Origin: Octopus bimaculoides
Taxonomy: Eukaryota
Assembly (NCBI RefSeq): GCF_001194135.2
Contig: NC_068994.1
Location: forward strand, 54,313,805 to 54,377,804
Direction: 5' to 3'
Length of the DNA: 64,000 nucleotides
The position numbers and the translations under genes were made by a program. Shown piece by piece: positions 11,631-24,189 of this stretch. The notes under the pieces are model-generated. The model saw only the letters and a program-made list of their open reading frames with translations. It searched no databases and was not told where the DNA came from. Each line of letters opens with the position of its first letter. Position 1 is the stretch's first letter.

Positions 11631-12256
11631 ATGATAATGATGATGATGATATATTTATGTTTTATGTAATATATAATGTTAATACAGTACAATGAATACA
11701 CATAGGTGTACTAGCCAGAAGAGTAGGAGAGGACAGCAGCTCTCTAAAAGATGGGCAAAATAAAAACATTAATGGACAATGATGTCAGATAACAGCAGTG
11801 TATAACACATAGATACATCTATGTGTGCATGTGCACACACAGACACACACACACACAAACATGCAAGAAAACGCCCACTTAACAACATGAGTGGTAATCC
11901 ATGGGGGAACGAATGTCCAGTTTTATGTAGAAACACATCAAAAGTAATTAGCTTCTATGTTTCTGAATTTAGCTGAAACACTGACAGTTCATTTAGTTTT
12001 ATGGAGATGGACAGAGACCGGCATAAAGTGTCACTTATAATAGATAGATGCATATATATATATATATACATGATTGTACATACGCATACACTCTTTATCA
12101 TAGCCATAAAGCTGCATCTGTGAATTCAAGAGACTCTAAAACAAGGCCGATGACACTTGAAGAAAATCATCCTTCCCACACACAGTTACATCATATTTAC
12201 CCAACACTGAAACTCTTGCAAGACTCTTGCCAAGATCCCATAGGACCCTTCTGTGC

Positions 12257-12369
12257 ATCTCATCTCATCTCATCTCAACTTGAGAAAGTTGTGGTGAAAG
12301 ATTACAGCAGGGTTCCCTACCACCCCCTGCCAGAACCCCGTGGAGCTTTAGGTGTTTTCGCTCAATAAA

Positions 12370-12404
<35 letters not shown>

Positions 12405-12597
12405 GGAGGCACAATAGCCCAGTGGTTAGGGCAGTGGACTTGTGGTTGTAGGATCGCAGTTTCGGTTTCCTGACTGGGTGTTGTGAGTGTTTATTGAGCG
12501 AAAACACCTAAAGCTCCACGGGGTTCCGGCAGGGGGTGGTAGGGAACCCTGCTGTAATCTTTCACCACAACTTTCTCAAGTTGAGATGAGATGAGAT

Positions 12598-12602
<5 letters not shown>
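12257..12602. repeat. 117-bp near-perfect inverted repeat (arms 12257-12373 and 12486-12602)
   Basis: The arms are reverse complements with one mismatch (12332 A / 12527 C). The spacer is 112 bp. Confidence 0.95.
12404..12580 (+). mobile_element. Family E tRNA-headed SINE, 5' part
   Basis: A-box-like tagcccagtgg and a degenerate B box gtttcggtttcc, followed by gtgtttattgagcgaaaacacctaaagctccacg...ttcaccacaactttctc. Confidence 0.7.
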
Positions 12603-12632
<30 letters not shown>

Positions 12633-13376
12633 CACGGAATTTTGTCAGTAAACAGGTCATGGTCTCAAAGCAAAGAAAATATTTTGGCAAAGTAAATTTA
12701 AATGTTGAAGTGAATCTAATGGTTTTTGTGTGTTTTTAAATGGCTTCTAAACATCTTCCACGCTGCAATTGTTTTCATTCCAGCACACGATCTCAGATCA
12801 GGTCACTTGCTAGGCATGTACATCTCCATAATATATATAATTGGTTCCATATCTCCGTTCCAGGATTTCTCTTATAGCCACTCTTTACCCTGCGGAATTG
12901 ATCCCTTGTAAAGACACCAGAGTCTAAGTTCAAATCCTTTGACCACGACAATGGTCCTTCTATATTGAAAATCTCTGGTTCTTATCTGTTGACTATATAT
13001 ATACTTGCATTTATACATGAATGTATGTATGTGTAGTGATGGTGGTGGGGTTTATAAAATTATATACATACAGATATATATGCATATACAAATTTGTCAT
13101 ATGTGGGTGTGTCTGTTTGTTTGCTATGACAATTGTAAAATGGTGTCAAAATTTTTGTGGTTTATTTTGTGTTTATTGGTCTATTTTAATTTTGAGCACG
13201 GAGTCTCTCCTGCACAAACACATGCTACACTACAAATATGTCTGCACACACACCTCATTGTATTTATAATGATATGATACATACATTTGTATTCATTTCT
13301 GGTTGTCTATTTAATATCTATCTGTCTGCCTACAGACATAAAATGCATGCATGTTTCTGTATGTTATGTATATATA

Positions 13377-13411
<35 letters not shown>

Positions 13412-14400
13412 TCACGCACACACAAACACAAACACACACACACTTACATATGTATATAAAGCCTGGAAAAGACAGGCTTCTGTTAGAGTTCTGCAAAACT
13501 TGAAGTCACATGGAGCTGAGTCAAACTGTTTTAAATAATACATGTAACTTGTACTATATATGTGTGTGTGTGTGTGTGTGCGTGCATATATATATATATA
13601 TATATNNNNNNNNNNNNNNNNNNNNNNNNNNNNNNNNNNNNNNNNNNNNNNNNNNNNNNNNNNNNNNNNNNNNNNNNNNNNNNNNNNNNNNNNNNNNNNN
13701 NNNNNNNNNNNNNNNNNNNNNNNNNNNNNNNNNNNNNNNNNNNNNNNNNNNNNNNNNNNNNNNNNNNNNNNNNNNNNNNNNNNNNNNNNNNNNNNNNNNN
13801 NNNNNNNNNNNNNNNNNNNNNNNNNNNNNNNNNNNNNNNNNNNNNNNNNNNNNNNNNNNNNNNNNNNNNNNNNNNNNNNNNNNNNNNNNNNNNNNNNNNN
13901 NNNNNNNNNNNNNNNNNNNNNNNNNNNNNNNNNNNNNNNNNNNNNNNNNNNNNNNNNNNNNNNNNNNNNNNNNNNNNNNNNNNNNNNNNNNNNNNNNNNN
14001 NNNNNNNNNNNNNNNNNNNNNNNNNNNNNNNNNNNNNNNNNNNNNNNNNNNNNNNNNNNNNNNNNNNNNNNNNNNNNNNNNNNNNNNNNNNNNNNNNNNN
14101 NNNNNNNNNNNNNNNNNNNNNNNNNNNNNNNNNNNNNNNNNNNNNNNNNNNNNNNNNNNNNNNNNNNNNNNNNNNNNNNNNNNNNNNNNNNNNNNNNNNN
14201 NNNNNNNNNNNNNNNNNNNNNNNNNNNNNNNNNNNNNNNNNNNNNNNNNNNNNNNNNNNNNNNNNNNNNNNNNNNNNNNNNNNNNNNNNNNNNNNNNNNN
14301 NNNNNNNNNNNNNNNNNNNNNNNNNNNNNNNNNNNNNNNNNNNNNNNNNNNNNNNNNNNNTATATATATATAAGTGTAAGTATATATTGAAGAACACAAA

Positions 14401-14850
14401 GAGGGTTTAAAATTTAGAACAGCTGCTTCAGTAGAATTTTATTCATATATTCACAGATTACATCATAGGACATAATCCATCACCTTCAGGTAGAATTTTA
14501 AACAGGTATATACAGGTGAGAGAATACCTTGATGATGATGAATCCAACCAACAGTTTTGGATAAGTAGTATTTTAAAAAAAATGTGAATTTATAGAAAAA
14601 TTATAAGGCGTGGCGGTAATGGATATGAGAGAGGCAAAGAGACTATTATTTCAAAACATTTATCTTAATTAGTTTCTAGATAATATTGGCTATAAGATCT
14701 ACAAAAAACACAGACATGCTGTAGCCAAGAGATGTCCTGAGGTCATTAAAGACAAGAAGATATATTTTGCTGTTGAGTGAGATAAAAGAAAGCAAACTTC
14801 AGGGCAGCAGAAAGTCATAAAACTGCCTTCATTGTTTTACACATGTACAT
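14401..14850 (+). repeat. About 430-bp dispersed repeat, copy 1 of an inverted pair
   Basis: Collinear with the reverse complement of 16368-16804 (shared blocks such as catcataggacataat, aaaacatttatcttaattagttt, catgctgtagccaagagatgtcct). Confidence 0.85.
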
Positions 14851-15223
14851 ACACACAGACAGACACACATATATACAGACACATATACATATGTGCACGT
14901 GCATATGGAGACCTACATTTATATACTTATATCAAATATTATAATATAAAAACACATATATAAAGAGTGTGAACAAATAACAGAGATTTAGGAGGTCATA
15001 CACCAGATTGTGAAATATTTCACTATTTATTGGATATAAATAAAATGAGGATGCATAACCAAGAGGCCAATGACATAATATTGAAAGACTTGAATAATAT
15101 TTAAATGAGATAAGTAACGTAACTAAATTACTGAGTATGGATAAATAGCAGCTAAGAAGTATTATTTGAAGTCTTTTAGGCAACTGGTTAAAAATAGGAA
15201 AATATGTTTCTTGTATATATGCA

Positions 15224-15790
15224 TTAGGTTGTCAAGAAAGTTTTTGTGGTTTTTAATCTTTAAATTCAGATACACATATCTCGGCTCAAACAAAACTTTA
15301 TTAATCGAAATAAACACCATCAGAATCAACACTCTTTTTTGCCAATGCAAAACCAGTTTATTTATGCCAGTAGTGTAAAAATCCTGTGTTCTGGTGGCGA
15401 TGAAGTCGTTGAAGGCCTGTTTGGCATCGTCTTGGTTTTCTAACGAGATGCTTGAAAAAGTGGTAGTCGGTAGGCGAGAGGTCTGGTGAGTATTGCGGAT
15501 GAAGCAGAGTTTCGTAGCTCAATTCATTCAACTTCTGCAAGGTCAGTTGTGCGACGTGCCAAACAGTCACCACGACCTTCTTTTGGTGCAACTTTGGCTT
15601 TGGGAAGTGCCGTGGAGCTTTGTCGGTGTCCAACCACTGAGCTAAGCATCACTGGTTGTTGTAAAGAAACCACTTTTCACCGCAAGTCACAATCCAGTTG
15701 AGAAACAGGTTGTTCTTGTGTAAAAGAAGGGAAGACGACACTTCAAAACGGTGTGTTTTTTGGTTGTTGTTCAATTTGTGCAGCACCCAT
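15224..15790 (-). mobile_element. Internally deleted Hsmar1/cecropia-like mariner remnant
   Basis: APRHFPKPKLHQKKVVVTVW joined directly to QKLNELSYETLLHPQYSPDLSPTDYHFFKHL. A TIR-like ttaggttgtcaagaaagtttttgtggtt sits at 15224. Confidence 0.85.
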
Positions 15791-15861
15791 TTCTTGAGTA
15801 TTTTTGTTTTTCTGATCTCTTTCAAAGTGGTTGGAAATTGTCGTATACGTTCAGCAAAAGA

Positions 15862-15985
15862 TTCCGATAGAATAAGTACTAGACTTACAAAGAATAAGTT
15901 TGTGGGGGTGGGGCGATTAGTTTGACTAAAGGTGGTGCTCCAGCATGGTCGCAGTCAAATGACTGAAACAAAAGGGTAAAAGAGT
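15862..15985 (+). mobile_element. Family B SINE, 3' fragment
   Basis: ccgatagaataagtactagacttacaaagaataag...gactaaaggtggtgctccagcatggtcgcagtcaaatgactgaaacaa. Confidence 0.8.
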
Positions 15986-16044
15986 AAAAGAGTGTATGGC
16001 TATGTATGTATATATGTGAGTGTGTGTACATATGTGTGTGAGTA

Positions 16045-16302
16045 TCCCCTGGACTGGCTTGTGCGGGTGGCACATAAAAGACACCATTTCGAGCGTGGCC
16101 GTTGCCAGTATCGCCTGAGTGGCCTTCGTGCAGGTGACACGTAAAAGCACCTACTACACTCTCTGAGTGGTTGGCGTTAGGAAGGCCATCCAGCTCTAGA
16201 AACTCTGCCAAATTTAGATTGCAGCCTGGTGTTGCCATCCGGTTTCACCAGTCCTCAGTCAGGTCGTCCAACCCATGCTAGCATGGAAAGCGGACGTTAA
16301 AC
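16045..16302 (-). mobile_element. Family C repeat
   Basis: Reverse complement matches the 11060 and 52118 copies. Confidence 0.8.
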
Positions 16303-16367
16303 GATGATGATGATGATGATGATATATGAATGTACATGTGTGTGTGTGGTGTCTGTGTGTGGGTGTC

Positions 16368-16804
16368 TACACGTGTAAGAAAGTGATGACAGTTTTATGG
16401 TTTTCTGCTGCCCTGAGGTTTGTTGTCGTTTATCTCACTTAACTGACAACATACCTTCCTGGCTTAAGGACATCTCTTGGCTACAGCATGTTTGTGGTTT
16501 CTTGTATGTCTTCAGAAGCCAGTATTGGCTGTAAACTAATTAAGATAAATGTTTTGGAATAATAGAATCGTTTGATCTCTGCTTCTTACATACCCTTTAT
16601 AGCCACGCCTTCTAATTTTTCTATAAATCTGAATGTTCTTATTTAAAATACCACTTATCCAAAACATCATCAGAATACTCTGTCACCTGTTTATACCTGA
16701 TTAAAACTTTTACCTGAAGATAATGCATTATGTCCTATGATGTGATCGATGGATGCATCAACAAAATTCTACTGGAACAGCTGCTGTAAATTTTAAACGC
16801 CATC
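16368..16804 (-). repeat. About 430-bp dispersed repeat, copy 2 of an inverted pair
   Basis: Reverse complement is collinear with 14401-14850. Confidence 0.85.
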
Positions 16805-16827
16805 ATTTAACATATGCGTATTACTCC

Positions 16828-16871
<44 letters not shown>

Positions 16872-16907
16872 TTTGAACACACACATGCATGCATGTACAC
16901 ATGCACA

Positions 16908-16952
<45 letters not shown>

Positions 16953-19021
16953 ATGCACATGATGGTTGCAACTTGATTGTTCAAGCGATGGTGTTGCTAG
17001 AAATCAAGTTGCTTTGAGGAGTACTAGATGTAGTTCTTCAGTCCTGCTAGGAACTTATGCTCTTTCTCACAGATGTGAAAACGATGGACACCTCTTGCGA
17101 CAGGCGTTCAGTAAACTTACCAACGATACTGATCCATGCCATCATGGAAATTTTCTTTGTGTGTTTTTGCCTTTTAACAGCTATGGCCAGCCATAATTAG
17201 ACATATTAGACATAACAATGATTTTAAAAATCAATTGATGCCTGTTCCTTTTAAAGTACAGAAAGGCCTTCACAGAGTCAATCCCACTGTCTAAACAACA
17301 TATACATTTTCTCAAGAGGAAGGATTAATCTACATCACTGGATGCAAACAAAGCCACAAATGTTACATCAGAGTTATTCTTCTCTTAGAGAGATATCTAA
17401 ACAAAGAGTAACAGACGGGTCTCTGACTCCCATCTGTTGGATGGCCATTGACTCTACCAAGTTCATCTGCCCTTTGACAGGTTTTGTTTTCCATCTGCAA
17501 AGTGTCCAACAAAACCTACCCTGCTTTCTTAGCAGGCTGGTACTGTTGCCAGTTTAGTTGCTGATGGCCCGTCCATGCAACACGTTGTGCTGGGTTACAC
17601 ACAAATGCACATAAGCAACAGCTTTTCTTTTATGCTTGTTTCATTAAATACACAACTGTATTCAAGATTTATCGTTTTTCATTTTAGATTTTTGGTGTTT
17701 TCTTATTAATTTTTTTTACAACTGGTTTGAACAATGAAGTTCAGTGTGTCCATACCTTTATGCTCTTATTTTTAAGAATTGGATATGTTGTGGATTTGTT
17801 GTTGCTGGTGAATGAAAATGTATTTCTAGGGCTGGGCATAGAAGTTATGAACAGCACTCACAAACAACAGCTTTTTTTTTACTGCTCACACAGTTTTCTG
17901 TGTTGATCCTGGGATGAAAAATAACAATGGGAGAGACACATTGCTGGGATCTACAGCAATTTAACAGGCTTAGCAAATGAGGTTGGCCCATCACAAATGG
18001 AAAATAATTGCTCTATATTCACGACAACAAAATCTGTCTTCTATTTGCCAATGACTGGTGAGATAATGAAGAATGGAGAAGTTGAGAAATGGCCTCAACG
18101 TTCTGGGGTTACCACCAAAATCCACCTTTATATAGGAGGGCTGAATGAGAAAGTTTTAGAAAGTTGAATCATATGTTGGTTTGACACTGATTGGCCAGTT
18201 AACTGACCAATCAAGTGGAACTACTGTGGCTTGGTTGTGGTGTCTACTCATCTATCCAACTATTTGGCATCTGTGTTATTTCTGATATTCTTAGTGAATC
18301 CATTTAGATTTTCTTACTAAAGGTTTTTTTACAATTAGGGTTATGCCTCAGCTGTCATGCGTTGATTTGTTTGCTTTAGTCAAATTTTGATATGGGAACC
18401 ATACACGTATCACAATACAATGCCAAAATTAACACACAAACACACACATCAAAACAACTAATATAAGTCTGCTGGCCTCAAGAAAAATGAGTCTAATGGG
18501 GGAGGGAGCAGCCATGTAACTCCATCAATGCAAAATACTTATTCTTGTCCCTCTGTCATACTTTAGTCTCTGTCATACATCTGCATCTGGTCTAAAGCCA
18601 CCCCCTCCTTGCAATACTTCCCATCAACACATAGTCATGGGGTCTTTTTCCCTTTTCTGTGAGGCGAGATTACTTGACCACCTCACTAGTGCTGTGGGCC
18701 AGAAAAAAAAAAACAACAATAGGATCCAGTAGACTCTATTAGGTGTTTGGCATTAGGAAGGATGTCCTGTTGTAGAAACCATGCCAAAGCTAACAGTGGG
18801 GTTTGGCACAACCTTGTGGTTAGCTGGATCCTGTCAAACTAGCCAACCATTGCCATCAAAGAAAATAGTCTTTCATCTGACAAACCGAGGTAGATTCTTT
18901 TGGCAAATTTGAAACCTGAAAATTTAAAACAAATTTTAGGGTTTGATTTATATTTTCCTTTGTCTCTCCTTCTCCTTTTTTCATTTTCCTTTTGATAGGA
19001 GAGTTTCAATATCACTGCCAT

Positions 19022-19380
19022 TAAACTTGACTAGCCTGGATTTTTTTTCCTGTGGGGATACCTGAAAGAGAGGGTTTACATCAACAAACTGGAGGCCCTG
19101 GTAAAGGAGAACATCAATAGAGATATCAGAGTAGGGTCTGAAACTCTTGAGGGTGTTATGGTGCAAGTTTTGGAAAGAGCACAGGCATGTGAAGCCGAAA
19201 ATGGCTGCCATGTAAGCGATGTCATTTATCATATGTGATGTAGTGGTGTTGCAAAATTTGACTCGTGCATATTAATTTCTATTATGTCCTTTATATTGTA
19301 TCAAAATTTCATGCATTTATTTCTAAATTTAAGGAAGTTATTAAAAATCGAAACCGATCAGTGACTTTTGGGACACCTTG
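19022..19380 (+). mobile_element. 3' end of a Tc1/mariner-superfamily element (maT/rosa-like C-terminus and TIR)
   Basis: Reads LTSLD.FLWGYLKERVYINK...ENI...SETLEGVMVQVLERAQACEAENGCHVSDVIYHM* across frameshifts. Ends gtgacttttgggacaccttg followed by TA. Confidence 0.75.
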
Positions 19381-20449
19381 TACATACATACAGATATNNN
19401 NNNNNNNNNNNNNNNNNNNNNNNNNNNNNNNNNNNNNNNNNNNNNNNNNNNNNNNNNNNNNNNNNNNNNNNNNNNNNNNNNNNNNNNNNNNNNNNNNNNN
19501 NNNNNNNNNNNNNNNNNNNNNNNNNNNNNNNNNNNNNNNNNNNNNNNNNNNNNNNNNNNNNNNNNNNNNNNNNNNNNNNNNNNNNNNNNNNNNNNNNNNN
19601 NNNNNNNNNNNNNNNNNNNNNNNNNNNNNNNNNNNNNNNNNNNNNNNNNNNNNNNNNNNNNNNNNNNNNNNNNNNNNNNNNNNNNNNNNNNNNNNNNNNN
19701 NNNNNNNNNNNNNNNNNNNNNNNNNNNNNNNNNNNNNNNNNNNNNNNNNNNNNNNNNNNNNNNNNNNNNNNNNNNNNNNNNNNNNNNNNNNNNNNNNNNN
19801 NNNNNNNNNNNNNNNNNNNNNNNNNNNNNNNNNNNNNNNNNNNNNNNNNNNNNNNNNNNNNNNNNNNNNNNNNNNNNNNNNNNNNNNNNNNNNNNNNNNN
19901 NNNNNNNNNNNNNNNNNNNNNNNNNNNNNNNNNNNNNNNNNNNNNNNNNNNNNNNNNNNNNNNNNNNNNNNNNNNNNNNNNNNNNNNNNNNNNNNNNNNN
20001 NNNNNNNNNNNNNNNNNNNNNNNNNNNNNNNNNNNNNNNNNNNNNNNNNNNNNNNNNNNNNNNNNNNNNNNNNNNNNNNNNNNNNNNNNNNNNNNNNNNN
20101 NNNNNNNATATATACATATATGTATACATGTGTATGTATATACATATACATACACACATACCTTTTAGTATATATATATATATATATGTTCATACTGACA
20201 CATATAACATACACACACTCCCATATGTATATGCGTGTGTATACAACGAGGTGTGATTTGAAAGAGATACGACTGCTGTTTCTAGCACTTCTCTCTTTAA
20301 TCCTTATCTGCTGAAGTGAGTGCAATCTGAGGTTGACTAAACTGAAAGATAAGCGCGCGGGTTCGAATCGTGTTTCTTCCCTCCCCACCCCTCCTGGTAA
20401 CAGCGACGATACACAAAGAACCGCCCACACATTGAAGCCTCCCACGTTT

Positions 20450-21195
20450 GAACACACACACACACACACTCATACACAGTGACACAATAATCAGGAACGC
20501 GAATTTTGTGTAGTCACAAAGGATTTACCTACATTAGCAACGCACGCAAGCGCACGCACACACTCATCTACAGGCACACACATACACACACACACACATA
20601 TACATACACATAGTAACCAATACACACTTGCACGAACGCTTTTTACCGTATAGTAACCCAATATAGAACAAGCGTGTGCGCGCGCACATAAACGCGCGCG
20701 AACACATACATAAACACACGCATGCATACATACACAAATGCTCACACAAAGACACTCATACACAAATACCCCCTCACACAGATACATACATACACAGACA
20801 TGTACAGATATGTATACATATATTCATACATACACATACATAACTACACGCACAGATACACATATACACAAATATTCTTATACAGCTACTCAAACATACA
20901 CAGCGACACATACACAAATAAATGTAGGTATAGACATATACGCACAGATATATACACATACACTCACATACACAACGTCACCGATATATTTATCCGAAAT
21001 AAAGATATGAATACTTCAGGTTGTTGTTGTTGCTGCTGACGACGACGATGATGATGATGATGATGAACGCACGTCAACCTTTTTGTTTCTCCTCTTTCTT
21101 TCACACTGTTCCCATTCTATAAACGCGCACACACACACACACATATATACATTTTTACATACATACATATATATATATATGTGCATACGTAGTCC

Positions 21196-21226
<31 letters not shown>

Positions 21227-22593
21227 GACACACACACATATACATACATGTCCTTATATACACACTCAGACGCGCACACACACATATACGTCCATAAATA
21301 TAAATACATACACAAACATTTTCATAGAATATATACAGCACCCCTTTATGTATATATAACTTATTTTCACTTCCTCTCTTCCTCCCTTAAATCCTTTCTT
21401 ATTTTTTACACACATAAACATACACACACACATATATACACACACATATAATACATAATGTACTGACGAATGTATTCACTCTTACTCCATACACCTTTGC
21501 ATAAACACACACACGCGTGCACGCAGGCTGAATACGGCGCGCTCGCGCGCACACACACTTACACATACACACAGGCACACACTTGCACATTACCATTATT
21601 ATTCATAAACAGCTTCTTCCCCCACCGCCATCATCACATTTAATAGAACACATTAATTTTGTTGCACACACACACACACACACGTCCACAAAACGCACAT
21701 CCCCTCATTCTCTTTCTTCATACACACACACACACACACACACGCATACTCTCCCTCAATTTGTCTTACACATTCATACGATGATTCTACACACTCCCCC
21801 TCCCCCGTTCACTAAATCACGTACCCTCACGTACACACAGAAAACGCACGCACTCAAAACGCGTACGCGCGCACACTTCCTCTCCTTTCACAAAGACTCT
21901 CTCTCTCTCTCTTTCACACACCCTCCTCTTTTTCACTCTCCACAAAGTCACACGTTAACACTCACACGTACACACAAACATTTTAGACACACACACAAAC
22001 TCGCACAACATTTCACACACACATACACGTACCACAACCCCTTACACACATAAAACATGTACGGAAAACATAAATTAAGACACTTGCAATAATGCACAAA
22101 CACACACACACACACACTTACATGCATACACACACATAAACCCATAATCTCTACCCTTATAAACAACGAACATACAAAAGCGTATACACCTTCACTCACA
22201 CACGCACACAAACTTACGAACAGAAACAATCACTTTTAGACACGCTGTTTACACACACATGCATACACACGCATATTTATATACACACACACATACAAAC
22301 TCATACTCTTACCCTTATAAATAAGACACATACAGAAAGAATCAACCAAACGCACACATACATACATACACATACAAATACATAAAACGCACACCTCACC
22401 CTTCCACTTTCTCTCCACTCACCTCCTCCACAAAGTCGCACTCGAACGTCAACTCACACTCCTCCTCCTTATATGCAACATACACGCGCACACATACACA
22501 CAGAACTGTAAATAAAACCCACACACTTGCACATACACCCTCGCACCCTCACTCAGAAACATAAATAAAAGCTATATTCTTGCATATACACAA

Positions 22594-22624
<31 letters not shown>

Positions 22625-22910
22625 ATCATATATATGTATATATACTTTCAGGCACACAGATACACATACATAAGCAGACACATGAATACACGTACACATA
22701 CGCACGCGCGCATATAAATAAATGAATAAATAATAAAAATATATGTAACAGCAAACACACGCACACATATATAAATATATATACACGCACACACCTATAT
22801 GTAAATATATATATTCATATATACACACAAACACACGTAAGCGCGCGCAGACACGCACGCACATATGCTCACACGCACGCACGCACACACTCTCACTCAC
22901 TCACACACGT
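20450..22910 (+). repeat. About 2.5-kb degenerate (CA)n-rich alternating purine-pyrimidine tract
   Basis: Continuous cryptic CA/TA/CG dinucleotide sequence, with C and A on the + strand. Confidence 0.9.
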
Positions 22911-23089
22911 CTACACAGTCGTATCGCGACATAGAGAGAGAAAGACATTGACACACGCGCGCGCACATTGCCTGGATTTGTTTAACACAAGCGCCTCGCC
23001 TCTTCGCGTAGTTTTTGGCCGCCAACCTCACTTTATATCTTGCCTTTCCTTCAACGACTTTTTACAATAAGTCTTCCTTCGGATCAACT

Positions 23090-23104
23090 ATGGCTACATT
23101 AGAG
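23090..23104 (+). CDS. Candidate first coding mini-exon (MATLE, phase-0 donor)
   Basis: Strong Kozak context ACTATGG, then ATG GCT ACA TTA GAG|GTAAAC. Preceded by a CpG-rich, non-repetitive leader. Confidence 0.3.
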
Positions 23105-23516
23105 GTAAACATTGAAATATATATATATTTATATATCTACATATCTGTTACATATATATCTTCGATTTATCCATCGATCTTTTATTCATCTGAAAAAATT
23201 ACATTGAGAGACATCCACGTTAATTGTTTTTTATGTGAATTGAAACAAAAAAAACGTACACCAATAGCATAGACTATACTATTAATTGTACATACATACA
23301 TGCATACACACATACATACATACACACAAACATACATATCATTATCTTAATCCCTTTTTATACATACACACCTTCTGTTTAAACCTTTCATGTTCCTTTT
23401 TATTTCTGTTCTGTTTTTATTATATTTTTTTGAAAAGGGTGGCGATGGATTTTTAAAAAATCAAAGAATTCTCTTCAAATTCTCTCTCTCTCTCTGTCTG
23501 TCTTTCTCTCTCTCTG

Positions 23517-23547
<31 letters not shown>

Positions 23548-23736
23548 ATCTGTCTATGATATTTAAAAAAAAATATTTCTCCTGGTTTTGATTTTAGCCA
23601 TCAACCTTCATAGTCTTTTTACTTTTACTCCATTCACTTTATATATATATATATATATACTCACTGTCAATTACTACTGCATAGATACAATTCCTACTTT
23701 CTAGTCATAAACATAGCTTGCATCTAAATATCTCTG

Positions 23737-23803
<67 letters not shown>

Positions 23804-24189
23804 ATCATATATGTATATATTTATTATGTATAACGTACTAATATGTTTATCCTCAAAATACTATACATATACACGAATGCACACATACACAAACGTGTAT
23901 GTGTTTACATTTTGTAAATGTTTTTTCAAGTCGATATGTTTTTAAGTTAGATATACTCAGCCAGTGTGAAAGTCGCAAAAACATAATGAATTTCACGATT
24001 TTCAATCTAAATACCAATAAAGCTATTTCCCCTCGCCAATTCTTCAGATATTCTTCCATATTCTCAAAATTACATTTAGTATTTTCAGTTCGACTTTAAT
24101 TTAACCCATTTCTGACTTGTTCGCGCCGTGATGGTGAATAAACCATTTTAGTTATTGAGTCATGGTTATAAAGCGTTTCATAATAAAAA

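Noticed and set aside
12404-12478. tRNA gene (likewise the heads at 7790-7860, 30700-30765 and 52306)
   Set aside because: A/B-box-like motifs are present, but there is no full cloverleaf or terminator and they run straight into SINE bodies.
23090-23104. Assignment of MATLE to huntingtin
   Set aside because: Five residues are not diagnostic, and no further huntingtin exon is visible.
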